From Nageia nagi (taxonomy: Eukaryota > Plantae > Pinophyta), in NCBI GenBank assembly GCA_050084985.1, contig JBITNC010000001.1, positions 70,246,001 through 70,310,000 on the forward strand: a stretch of DNA of 64,000 bases, written 5' to 3'. The notes beneath the pieces were generated by a model, which searched no databases, was not told where the DNA came from, and was given only the letters and a program-made list of their open reading frames with translations. Shown one piece after another: positions 26,449-38,233 of this stretch. How positions within the stretch are numbered: the first letter of the stretch is position 1; each line of letters opens with the position of its first letter. A program made the translations under genes and the position numbers.

Positions 26449-28091
26449 TGACAAATCTCTAGATTTTGTCATTACATACATTATTATTTGAAATATCCCA
26501 AATGGAAAAATACAAACCCTAGGTGCACATGATGCTCAAAATCCGAAAGTATACCGATTTTTAAATTCAAAATATAGCAAATCACAATTTTATAAGCTCT
26601 AGCTAATAAATCACACACAAATTATAACACCCAGAAAACAACTGCAACAACAAGATTACACTAGCATATATCAAACCTGATGTAAATGACAATTGATAAT
26701 TTGATCTCTAAAACCCCAAATTTGATTAAATCTCCTTGCCAAGACTGGACATCCAAGGAGAGGGACTCTCAAATGCAAAATAAAACTGAAAATCTGAAAT
26801 CTCTGCAACGGTTGTTCAAATCACAATGATGGTGCCCTAATTTGATGTGGATGTACTCAAGATTATCAAAGGTTATTGATGGAATATCTCAAATGCAAAT
26901 ACAACTCCTGATGTGAACTCTAAATCCACAAATCTAAATGAAATCTCTCCCTTAGGCTAGACGTCCAAGTGGAGAAGACCACAAAATGCAGATCACACAC
27001 CAACAAGGGTAAATTCTGACGTAATACACTAAAACCTATCATGGGTATCTTGATCCAATGCCTTATTGTTGAATACTCTGATAATATTGATGTAACCTTC
27101 AAACCCTAAGTTGAGATTACAAGTTATGCAAAAGTGGACTTTGTATGGATCTACCTCAAGTAGAGAGCAAGGGTTTTTGTCCTAACTCTCTTAGAATTTA
27201 GAGGTTTTCGTCCCTGAACTCAAATCTTCCATAAGTTTTCGTCTACAAAAAAGCTATAATACTCCAAGAGGAAATATGAAAAATAACAATGATCAATAAT
27301 ACCAAAGTAAGGCATTCCTCCTCTTCCTTTTATACTTCTATGTTATAATTTTGCATTATGTCTCATTTAAGTTATCTAATTAAGCACATGCCTATTTCAC
27401 AACTTGAAAATATAAAATATGTACAAGGGGGAAAGTCCCATTCCACATGAAATGATTCAAACATCAAAATGCCTAAGTGTAAATGGGGCATCTAGGTAGG
27501 GGATATTATATTATTTCTTAGTGGCAATGGGCTCATTGATCTTCAAATCATCTTCAATGGTAATGGACTCATTGAACTTCATGCAGCAATGTTTGGCACT
27601 TGCCATCTTCATTCTTCATATGGTAATGACTTGGGCATTTACCACCTCTTCCAACCAACAACAAAGGAAGTTTTGGCAACTTCCAAACTGCAAAGGTGAT
27701 TGGGGACTAACACATCCAATCACAAATATCCAACTATGGTTGGGGACCAACACATCCAACCATCACTACAAATAGACTATTGGCAGACCTCCTTTACAAG
27801 CTTTTGGCAGCCTGCAAAATGTCACCATACAAGTTTCTGGCAACTTGCAATCCATATGTGGATGGAGACAAACACATCCACTCACATTTACTAACATTTT
27901 TGAACTTGACTTTTCTCCATGAACGTTCTTGGGCATCCTTATAGTAATCTCCTCAACTTACATGATTGCATGGATCACCAATCGCCGCAACCACCAAGTG
28001 TAATAGAGCCAATTATTGCATAGAGATTCACTCTTGTCAATTGTAGGTCATGTATCATTGCGCAGAAATCTTCCAAGCCAAATAAGTGTCA
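26449..28091 (-). mobile_element. Solo LTR (1.64 kb) inside the TRIM-like element
   Basis: TGACA...TGTCA termini; TSD CTTTA/CTTGA; TATA-like tataaaagg on the minus strand. Confidence 0.7.
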
Positions 28092-28649
28092 CTTGATTTG
28101 CCATTGAGTAGTGTCATAAGGTCAAAGTCTTAGAATTAGGTCTCAAGGTTAACTTAGAACTAGGTCAAAGCCTCTAGGTTGCCTTTCCTTTTGTACTCAT
28201 TCAAAGCCTTTGGGTTGATTTTTTCTCTTAGGTCAATCATTATAACATCCGTTAGATCATCATAATTTCTCTAATCTTTTAGATCATTATAGCATCTGTT
28301 ACATCTTATCACTCCACAATATCTAATCTCAAATATGACAAAAAATAAAATAAACTCCTATTAATTTTTATTTACTATTTGAATATTTACATAAAAATAA
28401 ATGAAATACCAAACAACCATAATACCTTATTACAAGAAGGAAAATTCAAGCGCAAAAACTAAGGTTTGCAAGCGAAATGTAACAAAAGCGCGAACGTGGC
28501 GAAACAGAAGTACGAGCATGAAGTAACAGAAGTGCGGGCGAATTGTTTCAGAAGCACGACAAACTGTTATTAAGCACATTACAACTTAGCGAAGCTATAA
28601 TCTTGCCAAAATGTAGCTGAACAACATTCAAAATACGATGACTAAATGA

Positions 28650-29950
28650 AAATTGCAACCTGATCCAAAGCCCCCCAAGGAATGGAAAAGCGTGCTGATG
28701 CAGAAAAAACCATTTGTAAAGGAGGCAATCAAGATGGTACTGGAGCCTGAATTCTCTAATGATGAGGTTAGTATATTGATTCTAAAAAGTATAACAGAAA
28801 AGGAAGAGGATGGGCTAAAATCAGCCCTTGTTGGTCGTTTTGTTGGGGTATGAGCCCCTCTAGATATGATTCGAAATTGGATGAAAGTAAGATAGAGTAC
28901 AAAAGGGTGGGTATCCCTAGTTGCTCTTCCAAGAGAATTTTTGTTATTCAAATTTCAATTTGATGAAGACCTCCAAAAAGTTATCGAGATGGGTCCATGG
29001 TTCCTTAAAAAGAAAGGATTAATCATCAAGAGGTGGGAGAAAACTTTCTCCCCTGAAAGTGAAAATTTCAACCTCATCCAACATGGGTCTCACTACCTGG
29101 ACTTCACCCATCTTGTTGGCACTCATGTGTAATAGTTGGAATTGCAAAAGCAATTGGATCCCTTGTCACAATTGAACAATCAAGAAGATTAAAACTTGAG
29201 TTTACAGATGCAAGATTCGTGGTTAATTTAGATATTTCCAAACCTATGATAAGAGAGATCAAATTAAAAATAAAGATGAGAAATGGAGGGAACCAATGTA
29301 TATGAAATCCGTAAATGGGAATTTGTAGGTTATAAGCACTATGTAAAGGATTGCCCAAAAAAGAAGAGAAGGGATGAAGAAAGGAGAGAGAAAGAAAAGA
29401 AAAAAAATGAGTCTCAAGATAAACAGAAAGAATAAGAGTGGAAGTTAGTACAGAAACAAAAAACAAGAAAAAATCATAATTCAACTGAAACGCAGACAAA
29501 ACGAACCACGTCAAAAAAATAGTCAACTTCAAAAGAAGTCCAAGGGAAGAAATCAACCATAGCAAACCCCTATGCAGTATTGGCAATTTTAGAAGGAGTA
29601 GACAAGAAGAAACAAATTACAATTCAAATTTTTCAGAAGATGAGACAACAAATATGGAAGTTGTGGAAGGGGGTGATAAAGAAAAAATAAGGAAGGTGGC
29701 AAAAAAAAGCAAGGAATGCAAATAGTCAAGCAACATAGCAAGAAGAAGGCCAAGATGGGATCCCATCAAGAAATATACTGAACTCTAAAAAAACAGCAAA
29801 TATTGGACAAAGACATCTAGGGAGACCATCCCAAGGAGAGACTAGAGAGAAACTCATCAAACAAGATATAGCGAATGGAAAGCAATCAACTCTACATCAG
29901 ATCAACAAATCTCAGCCCACCTTTGGGCTGAACAAAGGATTTCTTAATTA
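28650..29950 (+). mobile_element. L1-type LINE ORF1 fragment (DUF4283-like)
   Basis: SALVGRFVG...LFKFQFDEDLQKVIEMGPWF..LIIKRW..TWVSLPGL..GIAKAIG..ARFVVNLDISKP across frameshifts. Confidence 0.85.
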
Positions 29951-32210
29951 GAATATTCCAACAATAAAGAGGCAGTTGGGTTGTATCTCAGTTGTGAATC
30001 AGATGGTTTTTTACTACAATTTGATGATTTTCTATTAATACAATTTGTAAAGTAGGTTGCATTGGGGCTACTGACAGTTTATAATTGGGTAGCATCTGAA
30101 CTTATTTTGTTAATAGTTTTTTTGCAAATTATATTAGCTACCACCAAGTATAGATGGGTAGCGGTTTCCTATTTTGGAAACCATTTTGTGATCGGTTTTG
30201 TGGAGTCCATACAAAACCCCTCACCACTTTTTGATAATATAATTTACCCTCATTATCATAATACCTTATTTAAAATCCCAACTAAATACCAAGACAGAGG
30301 TAGTGCCACATGGCACAATGGTGTAAATGAAAAAGCAATCAACAGGAAAACCAGCAAGTCATCTCACTGCCATGGTTTCTTCATGCATTGGCCTCTTAAG
30401 TTTTACCTCCACCTTTGCACCATGCTCGTCGTATTGGAATACACTTCTTATCTCATTACATCGCTAGCTCATATTTTGCTCATAGACCTACCGACCATTC
30501 CGCCTCTACAAATTAATTGTGGTTGGGTATCAATTCGACTTGCAAGTTGCTCATACTATGAGTTCTATCAGCTATGAGAACCACCTATGCAATGCTTCCA
30601 ATCGTCGTGGAGTTAGCTACATATCGTTATTGATCCTCCAACATGTCCTCTTTATGCAATGTCAATGATATGGGCCTTCATTTTGCCAAATGCTCATGAC
30701 CCCAAACCTTCATGTCGTTTGTTGTTTGGACTCCATGCAATCCTCCTCGATCTGGTGTGTTGACGTCACCAACCCATATCTTGTCCCTTAACCTGCTCTG
30801 GTACTGTATTGGAATTGATTGAGCACACAACTAATTATTATTTTGTATCACAACATATAAATAGGAGAATACATGACTAAAAGAGAGTAACGACCTTTGA
30901 ACAAGTTCTTGACAATACACTAAAAACAACTATGTATCTTAACATCCATTAAACATAGAGTTTAGCTTATCTACTAATAAATCTAAAACCTAATCAACAT
31001 ATAATATTTCTAACAGTCCTATTGTTATTTTTTGTGACAACATGAGTGTCATTCAATTGGCAAAGAATCTTGTCCACCAAAGTAGGTCTAAGCATTTTGA
31101 CATGAAGTATCATTTCATCTGTGATATAGTGGAAAAGAAACAGGTTGAACTAAGATATTGCAGCACCCATAATCAACTAGCAAACATATTCACTAAAGGT
31201 GTGGCTAAAACTCAATTTGTAAAGCTGAGAAACTCACTTGTGAGCCCTCTCAATATCAAAGGGGAGAATGTTGGAATTTGATGCTGACTATGTGGCATTT
31301 CCAAGTCAACAAAACAAAGTTATCCCTCATTTGTAATTGTACAATGTGTAATTGTAGGAATATTTCAGTTTCTAACAGTTGTAGACTGTTATTTTTTTAT
31401 GTAACAGCTTTATAATCTTTTTCTTTAGTAGTTTTAGGTTTATTTGAATGTGAATTTAGCTTTAGAATATTTGAATTAGGTTAGAATAGTGTAAAAACAT
31501 CTCATTGTAACATTCTATAACGAATTGCCATAGTATGCAATAGAGAAAATCGTTCCAAAAGTTGTTGTGTGTGATTTTCATGGGTGCAGTCCAAAATCTG
31601 TGATCTTTCAAGGCTTATAACTTTTGTTACAAACCTCAACGTTTTGTGGGTATTAGCTCATTGGAAAGATGGTTTCAATACCTTTCCAGTGATATATAAC
31701 ACGATATACTTTTTTTTAGAATCAACATCACACTAGCCATTTTTTGTGAGACTATCATTCTATTATTTCTAGAAATATAAATGACAATGTCTTGTGTCGC
31801 CAAGTTCACTAGAGTTCTAGTGATCCATTTGTAAATCACCACCTACCATTAGAAAGCTCTTTTCACACCTTTCCAACGGTATATTACACTCCATACTTCA
31901 TTAAGTAGTGCCATAGTGACATTCCATTCTTTGTAAGGTATTTTTGTTGCAAAAATGTTCGTTAATCACCAAAAACCGTGTCTCATGTCATAAAGAATCT
32001 CTAGAGATTTATAGCTTTTTTTGTCGATCACCATAAATCATTAGAAAGGTCTTTTCAATACCTTTCCAACGATATATAACACCCTATAGTTTGTCTTTAG
32101 TTCGCAATCTTGTTTGCCACATATTCACCATAGTATAAATTGCTAGTTTGGCGATTTTAGTCTGTTTGGTGACTGTACTTCGTTGTTGATGATTTTATTC
32201 ATTTCTTCAT

Positions 32211-33975
32211 AAGAATCAAAAACATAGAAAGTAAGTCATAGCTTGACACTCCCAATTTTATTGGAAGTTTAAATCTAGAAGAATTGATAGATTGGATAAT
32301 GGATATAGAGAAGTTCTTTGATTATGAATCTATGGTGGATTTGAAGTAAGTCAAGTTTACATGCACACAACTGAAAGGGCATGCATCAATTTGGTGGGAT
32401 CATGTCCAAACGGAAAGGCAACAAAAGGACAAGGATACAATTCAAACTTGGGAGAATTTTTTCCTGCTGACTATCAAATTCAGTTGTTTCGAAAACTTCA
32501 AAATCTCAAGCAAAAGGGGTTGGTAGTGAAGGAATATACAAAAGAATTCTATAAATTAACCATAAGCGCAGGCCATAGTAAAGATAATGAGGAGAAAGTG
32601 GCAAGATACATCAATGAGCTAAGGATGTGCATACAAGATGAAATTGGTATAATTTGGATGAAAACAATTGAAGAGGCATATCATTATGCATTCAAGGAAA
32701 AAGAGAAGTTGGCCCGCAAGCAACAAAATTACTCCAAATGGAGAGGGCGGTCCACAAGAGGAAGAGTACAACCAAACAGAGAGGAGAGCTTATCACAAAT
32801 GAGTAGTTTTAGCCAAAATACCCGAAAAGAGAGTGAATCATCAAGAGGAAGAAATGGTTTCGGTAGAGGAAGAGGACAATCAGATGGAGAAGAGATCTTA
32901 TCACAAACAAGTAGTTTTAGCCAAAGAACCCGAAAAGAGGGTGAATCATCAAGGGGAAAAATGGTTTTGGTAGAGGAAAGGGATGTGGTTTTTTTGGTAA
33001 ATGTTTTAAGTGCCCTCAAATGCAACATATCAACAAGCATGGAAAAGAAGCTTGTAGTCATATTGTTCATGTAGAGGAAGAAACTGCAGCTTCACCGAAA
33101 GAACGAAGGAGCCAAAGCAAGGTCAGTCATACTCATGAAAAGAGTGTTATTAAAACCAACCCCAAAGAAGATAAGGGACCAACCCAAAGACAAAGTTTGT
33201 TTCACACTATATGCAAGTCCAATGGTAAATGTTGCAAGGTCATAATGGATAGCAAGAGTGCAAACAATCTAGCTTCCAAGGAAATGGTTCACAAAATTGG
33301 TTTGCAACAAAAGGAGCTTCCAAATCCTTACAAAATATCATGGTTACAAAAGGGAAATGCATTGGTAAGTGAGCAATGTATTGTGGATTTTCAAATTGAC
33401 TCTTACAAAGATTTAGTATTGTGTGACATCATACCTATGGATACATGTCATGTTTTGCTCAAGAGGCCATGGCAATTTGATCGAAAAGTCGTGCATGATG
33501 GAAGATTTAACACTATATGCATAACCAAGGATGGTAAGGAATAAGGAGCATGTCCTCAATCCTTTGAAGGAGAAAAGAGAAGATTATGATGGCTGTCCAA
33601 AAGTATGCATCAACACCAGGTTTTTGAAGAATATAATGAAGGAAAATTATTATGCATGCATTGCTATGCCAATAGAAACTAAGACAACAGTGAAAGGAGA
33701 TGAAATAACGCCAAAGGTAAGAGAGATATTTGTTGATTTTGATGATATACTATATGAAGACTTGTCAAATGGGTTGCTCCCTACATGGAGTATACATCAC
33801 CATATAGATCTCCTTCTAAAAGCAAGCTTGTCAAACAAAATAGCCTATAGTATGATACCCATGGAGAATGAAGAGGTCAAGAAGAAAGTCCAAATCCTCT
33901 TAGACAAGGGGTTGATTAGAGGGAGTTCAAGCCCTTGTGCAGTGCCAAACATTCTTGCATCAAAGAAGGATGAGA
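32211..33975 (+). pseudogene. CRM gag, protease and start of RT
   Basis: LKGHASIWWD; QRQSLFHTIC..CKVIMDS; WQFDRKVVHDG; IHHHIDL; SSPCAVP; homology to RT stops abruptly after this. Confidence 0.88.
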
Positions 33976-34359
33976 ATGTAGAAGATGGTTATCTCGTAAA
34001 GGAAACGAGCCAAAAGTATGGTGAGTCTAAAGAAAGTAGAAATTTTGCATGGCTAACACCATGCATTGCAAAGATGAAGAATGTGAAGGATCCTTGGAGA
34101 GGACCTTGAAGATGGTTGAAGAAACTCTTGAGGAGCATACAAGTGAGCCTATAATATGTCCGCCAAAAAAAGAAGAAAAAAGAGAAGAAGAGAAGCATGT
34201 AGTAGAATGTATACAAGAACGAAAGAAGAGGAAGAAAAGGAATGCTTGCCTAAAGAAAAGGTGAAGATCTACAATAAGCAGATAAACTCTTTGACGAGAT
34301 AAAGTAAATTGAAATTGGACATGAGGATGTCATTTCAGTAGAAGCCTTGGAGCTCTTTG

Positions 34360-36834
34360 CGCAATGTTCCATTTTTCAACGCCCCTTTCATGAGCGCTTC
34401 ACTCTCAACTATTCTTCCTTATGATCGTGGGATACACCTCCTCTAGGAGGCATTCTATGTGATTAGAAGTTCCTTTATGCAATTAGATGTAATTACGTCG
34501 TTCTATGGCTTCCCGATGTGGATGAGCGTGCAAAAATGTGTTAATTGAGCAATTAAGGTAAGGTTGGATGTCCCTCTTCTAGGGATCTAAGAGTGATTTT
34601 AATTAAGTTAGGAGTATTTTATTATTTAATTAGAAGTCTAGGGCTATTTTCCATCATCGGATGTAAAAATGTAATTAACAACCTCAATCTATGCTCCTAA
34701 AATGTGATGTCTCATTTATGGAACAAATTGAGGCCTTAAGATGTAATTTGGTGTGTTTAATAGGTCAATTAGGCTAAACACCTCATCTTGGGGAGTTTAA
34801 TAATGTTTTGTAACCCCAATGAGGAATTAGATTATCTAGGTTGGGATGGCCAACCCCCTTTGAGTGAGACATCTCCTATAAAAGGGAATTAGAGTCTCAT
34901 TTGAAGCATATATGTTTGTTTATTGATATTTTGTGGGCATGAGCTCTCTCCATTCCTCTTGTGCATGCAAGGGAGGTACTTGAGGTCTGGCATTCCTCAA
35001 ACCTTAGTTGACTACTACTTTGAGGCCTAGCATTCCTCAAAGGTCTTTCGACTGCTACCTAGGATTCGAAATTCCCTAGGGTTACCTGAAGACTGCCATC
35101 ATTGTTGAGGAGTCCTGGTTCACTCCAAATACTGCTACTGCTGAGATCCATTTGGGATCTAACTACAACTGTTGAGATCCACCATTGTTGAGTTCATGTG
35201 CACCTCCTGCTCTGCCAAGGAGGGCTTACTACCCCTGACGTCACAACTTGGGGGTTTCCTCAATCACTTACACTGCCAAATCTGCATTCCTAACGAGCTA
35301 ACTCAATTTGAGCACATTTGAGGGTTCCTAAAGAGAGATATAGTCTCTATAATATCCCAAAATAATTTTGACATTGTAAATATGGTATTTTGTGTTTTTA
35401 GTGTGTGTGGATGTCATTGACGGTATTTTTGTTATATTTTGGGGTTAAAATGAGTGTTATAAGGGTAAATGAATGTGTTTTGGCTAGTTCAAATGTTAAT
35501 ATATAGGTTAGGAAAGTTATTTAAATATTTGGAGTGAGTTTTTGGTTAGAAAAAAATATTAATTTACGTCTTTATGTGAAGTGGCGTTTTTGTATTATGT
35601 TTAATGATCTCAACGCAAGATTATATCGTAGCCCTTTGATCCTGTGTGTATGAGATCTAATCTCAACCCTTCATGATTAAATCTAAGGATGGGATTTATC
35701 CTAGCATTAGGTTTAAGGAATGTGTGAATGATTTGGAGACTAACTTGGGAGAATTCTGAAGAATTCTTGGGCTCATAGGGATAGCTGGAAATATCTCTTT
35801 GAGTTTGCGAGATTCCCATTGGATTTATTCCAGTGGAGGTTAGGCCAACTAGCTCTCTACCTGTCTACATCTACAAACCTAACTAGGGTTTGTGATTTGA
35901 GCATAATTGTGAGCAGGATTGGAGTCAAAATATTGTATCAGGCCAAGAGAGGGTCAATTAAGGAGTTTTTGAGCATTGTTTCTCATCCAGGAAGCCTTAT
36001 AGCCGGACATCAGCCTCTAGAAGGCATATTTGCATGCAAAATAAGCTCAAATTGTCTTAGCCAACCAAACGTCTGCCTCTCAGGAAGGGTTTTGCATCAC
36101 ATAAGGCTCTAATCAGCCTATGTCATTGTGACATCAACCTCACAAGGTCAGATTTGAGGGTTTTGAAGGTCAAAGTTTGTCATATCTGCCAGACATCTCA
36201 TGCATTAGGGCAAATTGGTGATAAATTGCAATGTTTAGGAGCTCAACTAGGGTTTGGAGGTAGCTTTTGCTATTTGGTTGTTATTTCTATTTGTTGTGAT
36301 CTCAGTTAGGTTTGTTTGTGAAAGAAAATTAATAAAAATTACAAAAATATTTCAGATCTGTTATGTTTTGTTAGAAATTCTATTTTGGGTATTTGTTTGT
36401 GTTTGGCACATTACATCTCCCTAGTTGAGACGTCTCATTCTTGGGCACATATTTGTTCTCGAGAAGCTTGTAACTCATGTCTCTTGGTTAGATCTGTTAT
36501 TCAGTATTTTAAATATATTTTTCTAACATCAATAATTGTGTGTAATTTGGATCTAGCACTTTGGTATTGGACGCATGCATTATTTTGGTGTTATTTCAAT
36601 TATTTATGCCATTGAGTAGTTCGTCTCAATTCTTGGAGTGTCAATGGTGCATTTTGAGTTATTCTCATGCTTTAGGTTATTCGTCCTAGTTTTTGAATAA
36701 TACTGGAGTGATAAGAATAAATTATTGAGCATAATTTGGGCATTTTTTAGTGTTTCGGAATTTATGGAATTTTAGAGAATTATTTCAGTAATTGTTTGAG
36801 CTATTCCTAGAGTTCTCGGTTTGGGAACATCACA
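34360..36834 (+). mobile_element. Solo LTR (2.47 kb)
   Basis: Perfect TSD CTTTG; right end GGAACATCACA; left end a mutated inverted copy (cgcaATGTTCC); TATA cctataaaagg near 34875. Confidence 0.75.
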
Positions 36835-37959
36835 CTTTGACAAAGCTATAAAGGTTGAAGAAGAAGAGGAGGTAGAATACCTTCTCAAACAGGCAATGGA
36901 GTGCATGGACAATCACCTTAATGTCCAAGAAAATGAAGAGAGCATGGACCAACAATCCATTAAAGAAGAAATGAAGAATGAAGACCATTTTCAGAGAAAT
37001 TTATCTAATGGGATTGGACAGATGAGTATGAAGATACTTCACAAAAGACTGGTAAACATGGAGGAAGGTAGAAGTCAAATGAAGGAGAATGACAAGTAGG
37101 TGGTTGCAGAACCCAAAATGCAAAGACAAGAGTACAAAGATCAGTTGGCAGGGAAGAAGATTCAAAACGAAGAGCTCACATTGTTTTTCTTACCTAGGGA
37201 GTCTGATGCAAAAGCATCCAAGATGCTAATTTTGGGTTGCATGCCTTTAACATGTTATCAGCTATCTTGGTGTCCATGATGCATGTGTTGCATGCGTTTT
37301 TTGAATAGCATCTTAGTTGGAATAGAATGAATGAATAAAAATAGAAGCACACATTGTAAAATCAGAATGTAGCTAAAAATATAATAGTTTTCTTTATAAG
37401 ATAATTAAACTAAATTTAGAATTAGAATTTTTGTATAAAGAAATCGAGTAGAGGGGAAAAAGAGGTATGCATAGCCAATGGAAGAAGATTTTGGCAGCCT
37501 CTGCAAAGTTTTAAGCAGTGTTCCACGGGGACGCGTTCCCCCTCCTGGAGGAGCCGTTCCCGACGTTCCCACGTTTTGGGAACGCGGGAACACCTTGGGA
37601 AACATTTCCCAGCCGTTCCCCTTTTGGGGACGGCTGGGGGCCGTTCCCGAGACGGCTCCCGGGGAAGGGGGAACGTTCCCCGACCGTCCCCCTGATCGGG
37701 AACGGCCAGGGAACGGCTGGCCGTCCCCGGGAACGGCCAGGGAACGGCCGCCGTTCCCCGACCGTTCCCGGGGACGTCCGGCGTTCCCCGCGCAGCTGGA
37801 GAGCTTAAAGCTCAAAAAAAAAACAGATTCACTTAAAAAAAAAACTTTTTAAACCTCCTAGCATGGGTCCCACCTAACTTTGCACCCCCCTTAACCCTAA
37901 AAAAGCTCCTCTAAAAGGCTAAAAGTGATTTTGTTATCATTTGTCTTTGTGTAGAGGAG

Positions 37960-38110
37960 AAAGACAGCAAAGAGGAAGAGAAAGACAGCAAACAGAAGAA
38001 AAAAAACAGCAGTGAGGAGAGAGAGCAAGGAGGGAGGAAGAGAAACACAGCAGTGAGGAGAAAGAGCAAGGAGGGAGGAAGAGAAACACAGCAGTGTAGT
38101 GGAGAAAAGC
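37960..38110 (+). repeat. ~41-bp purine-rich tandem repeat in the hAT 5' leader
   Basis: aaacacagcagtgaggagaaagagcaaggagggaggaagag repeated about 2.5 times. Confidence 0.7.
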
Positions 38111-38233
38111 CAAGGAGGAGAAGAAAATTACTTAGCACAGTCCAAGGTTTTTAATTTTCTGTTTCTCATTCTCTACTTGTTTAGTTTAAATTTTAAACTT
38201 TACTTGTAGTTTTAAAAAAAAAAACAGTCCAAG

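Larger units (their letters stand above)
26256..31015 (-). mobile_element. TRIM-like non-autonomous LTR element inserted in the Copia RNase H
   Basis: Short LTRs 26256-26437 and 30807-31015; perfect TSD GTCCT; minus-strand PPT (CCCCCCC after 26437) and Met-PBS-like gctctggtactg before 30807; no own pol. Confidence 0.85.
21526..32210 (+). mobile_element. Ty1/Copia element inserted in the CRM gag; 3' LTR end deleted
   Basis: ~0.9-kb LTRs at 21526-22431 and 31269-32210, PPT AAAGGGGAGAA; gag-pol remnants 22486-26255 that resume at 31016-31260 (RSKHFDMKYHF). Confidence 0.9.

Noticed and set aside
29104-29586. 160-aa hydrophobic minus-strand ORF resembling a membrane protein
   Set aside because: Antisense reading of the A-rich L1 ORF1.
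30062-30577. 171-aa ORF
   Set aside because: Non-ATG start, no recognisable motifs, and lies in TE-internal sequence.
37405-37852. Pro/Gly/Arg-rich ORFs on both strands; repeat array superficially CRISPR-like
   Set aside because: By-product of the GC-rich hAT subterminal repeats; no constant repeat-spacer period and no cas genes.
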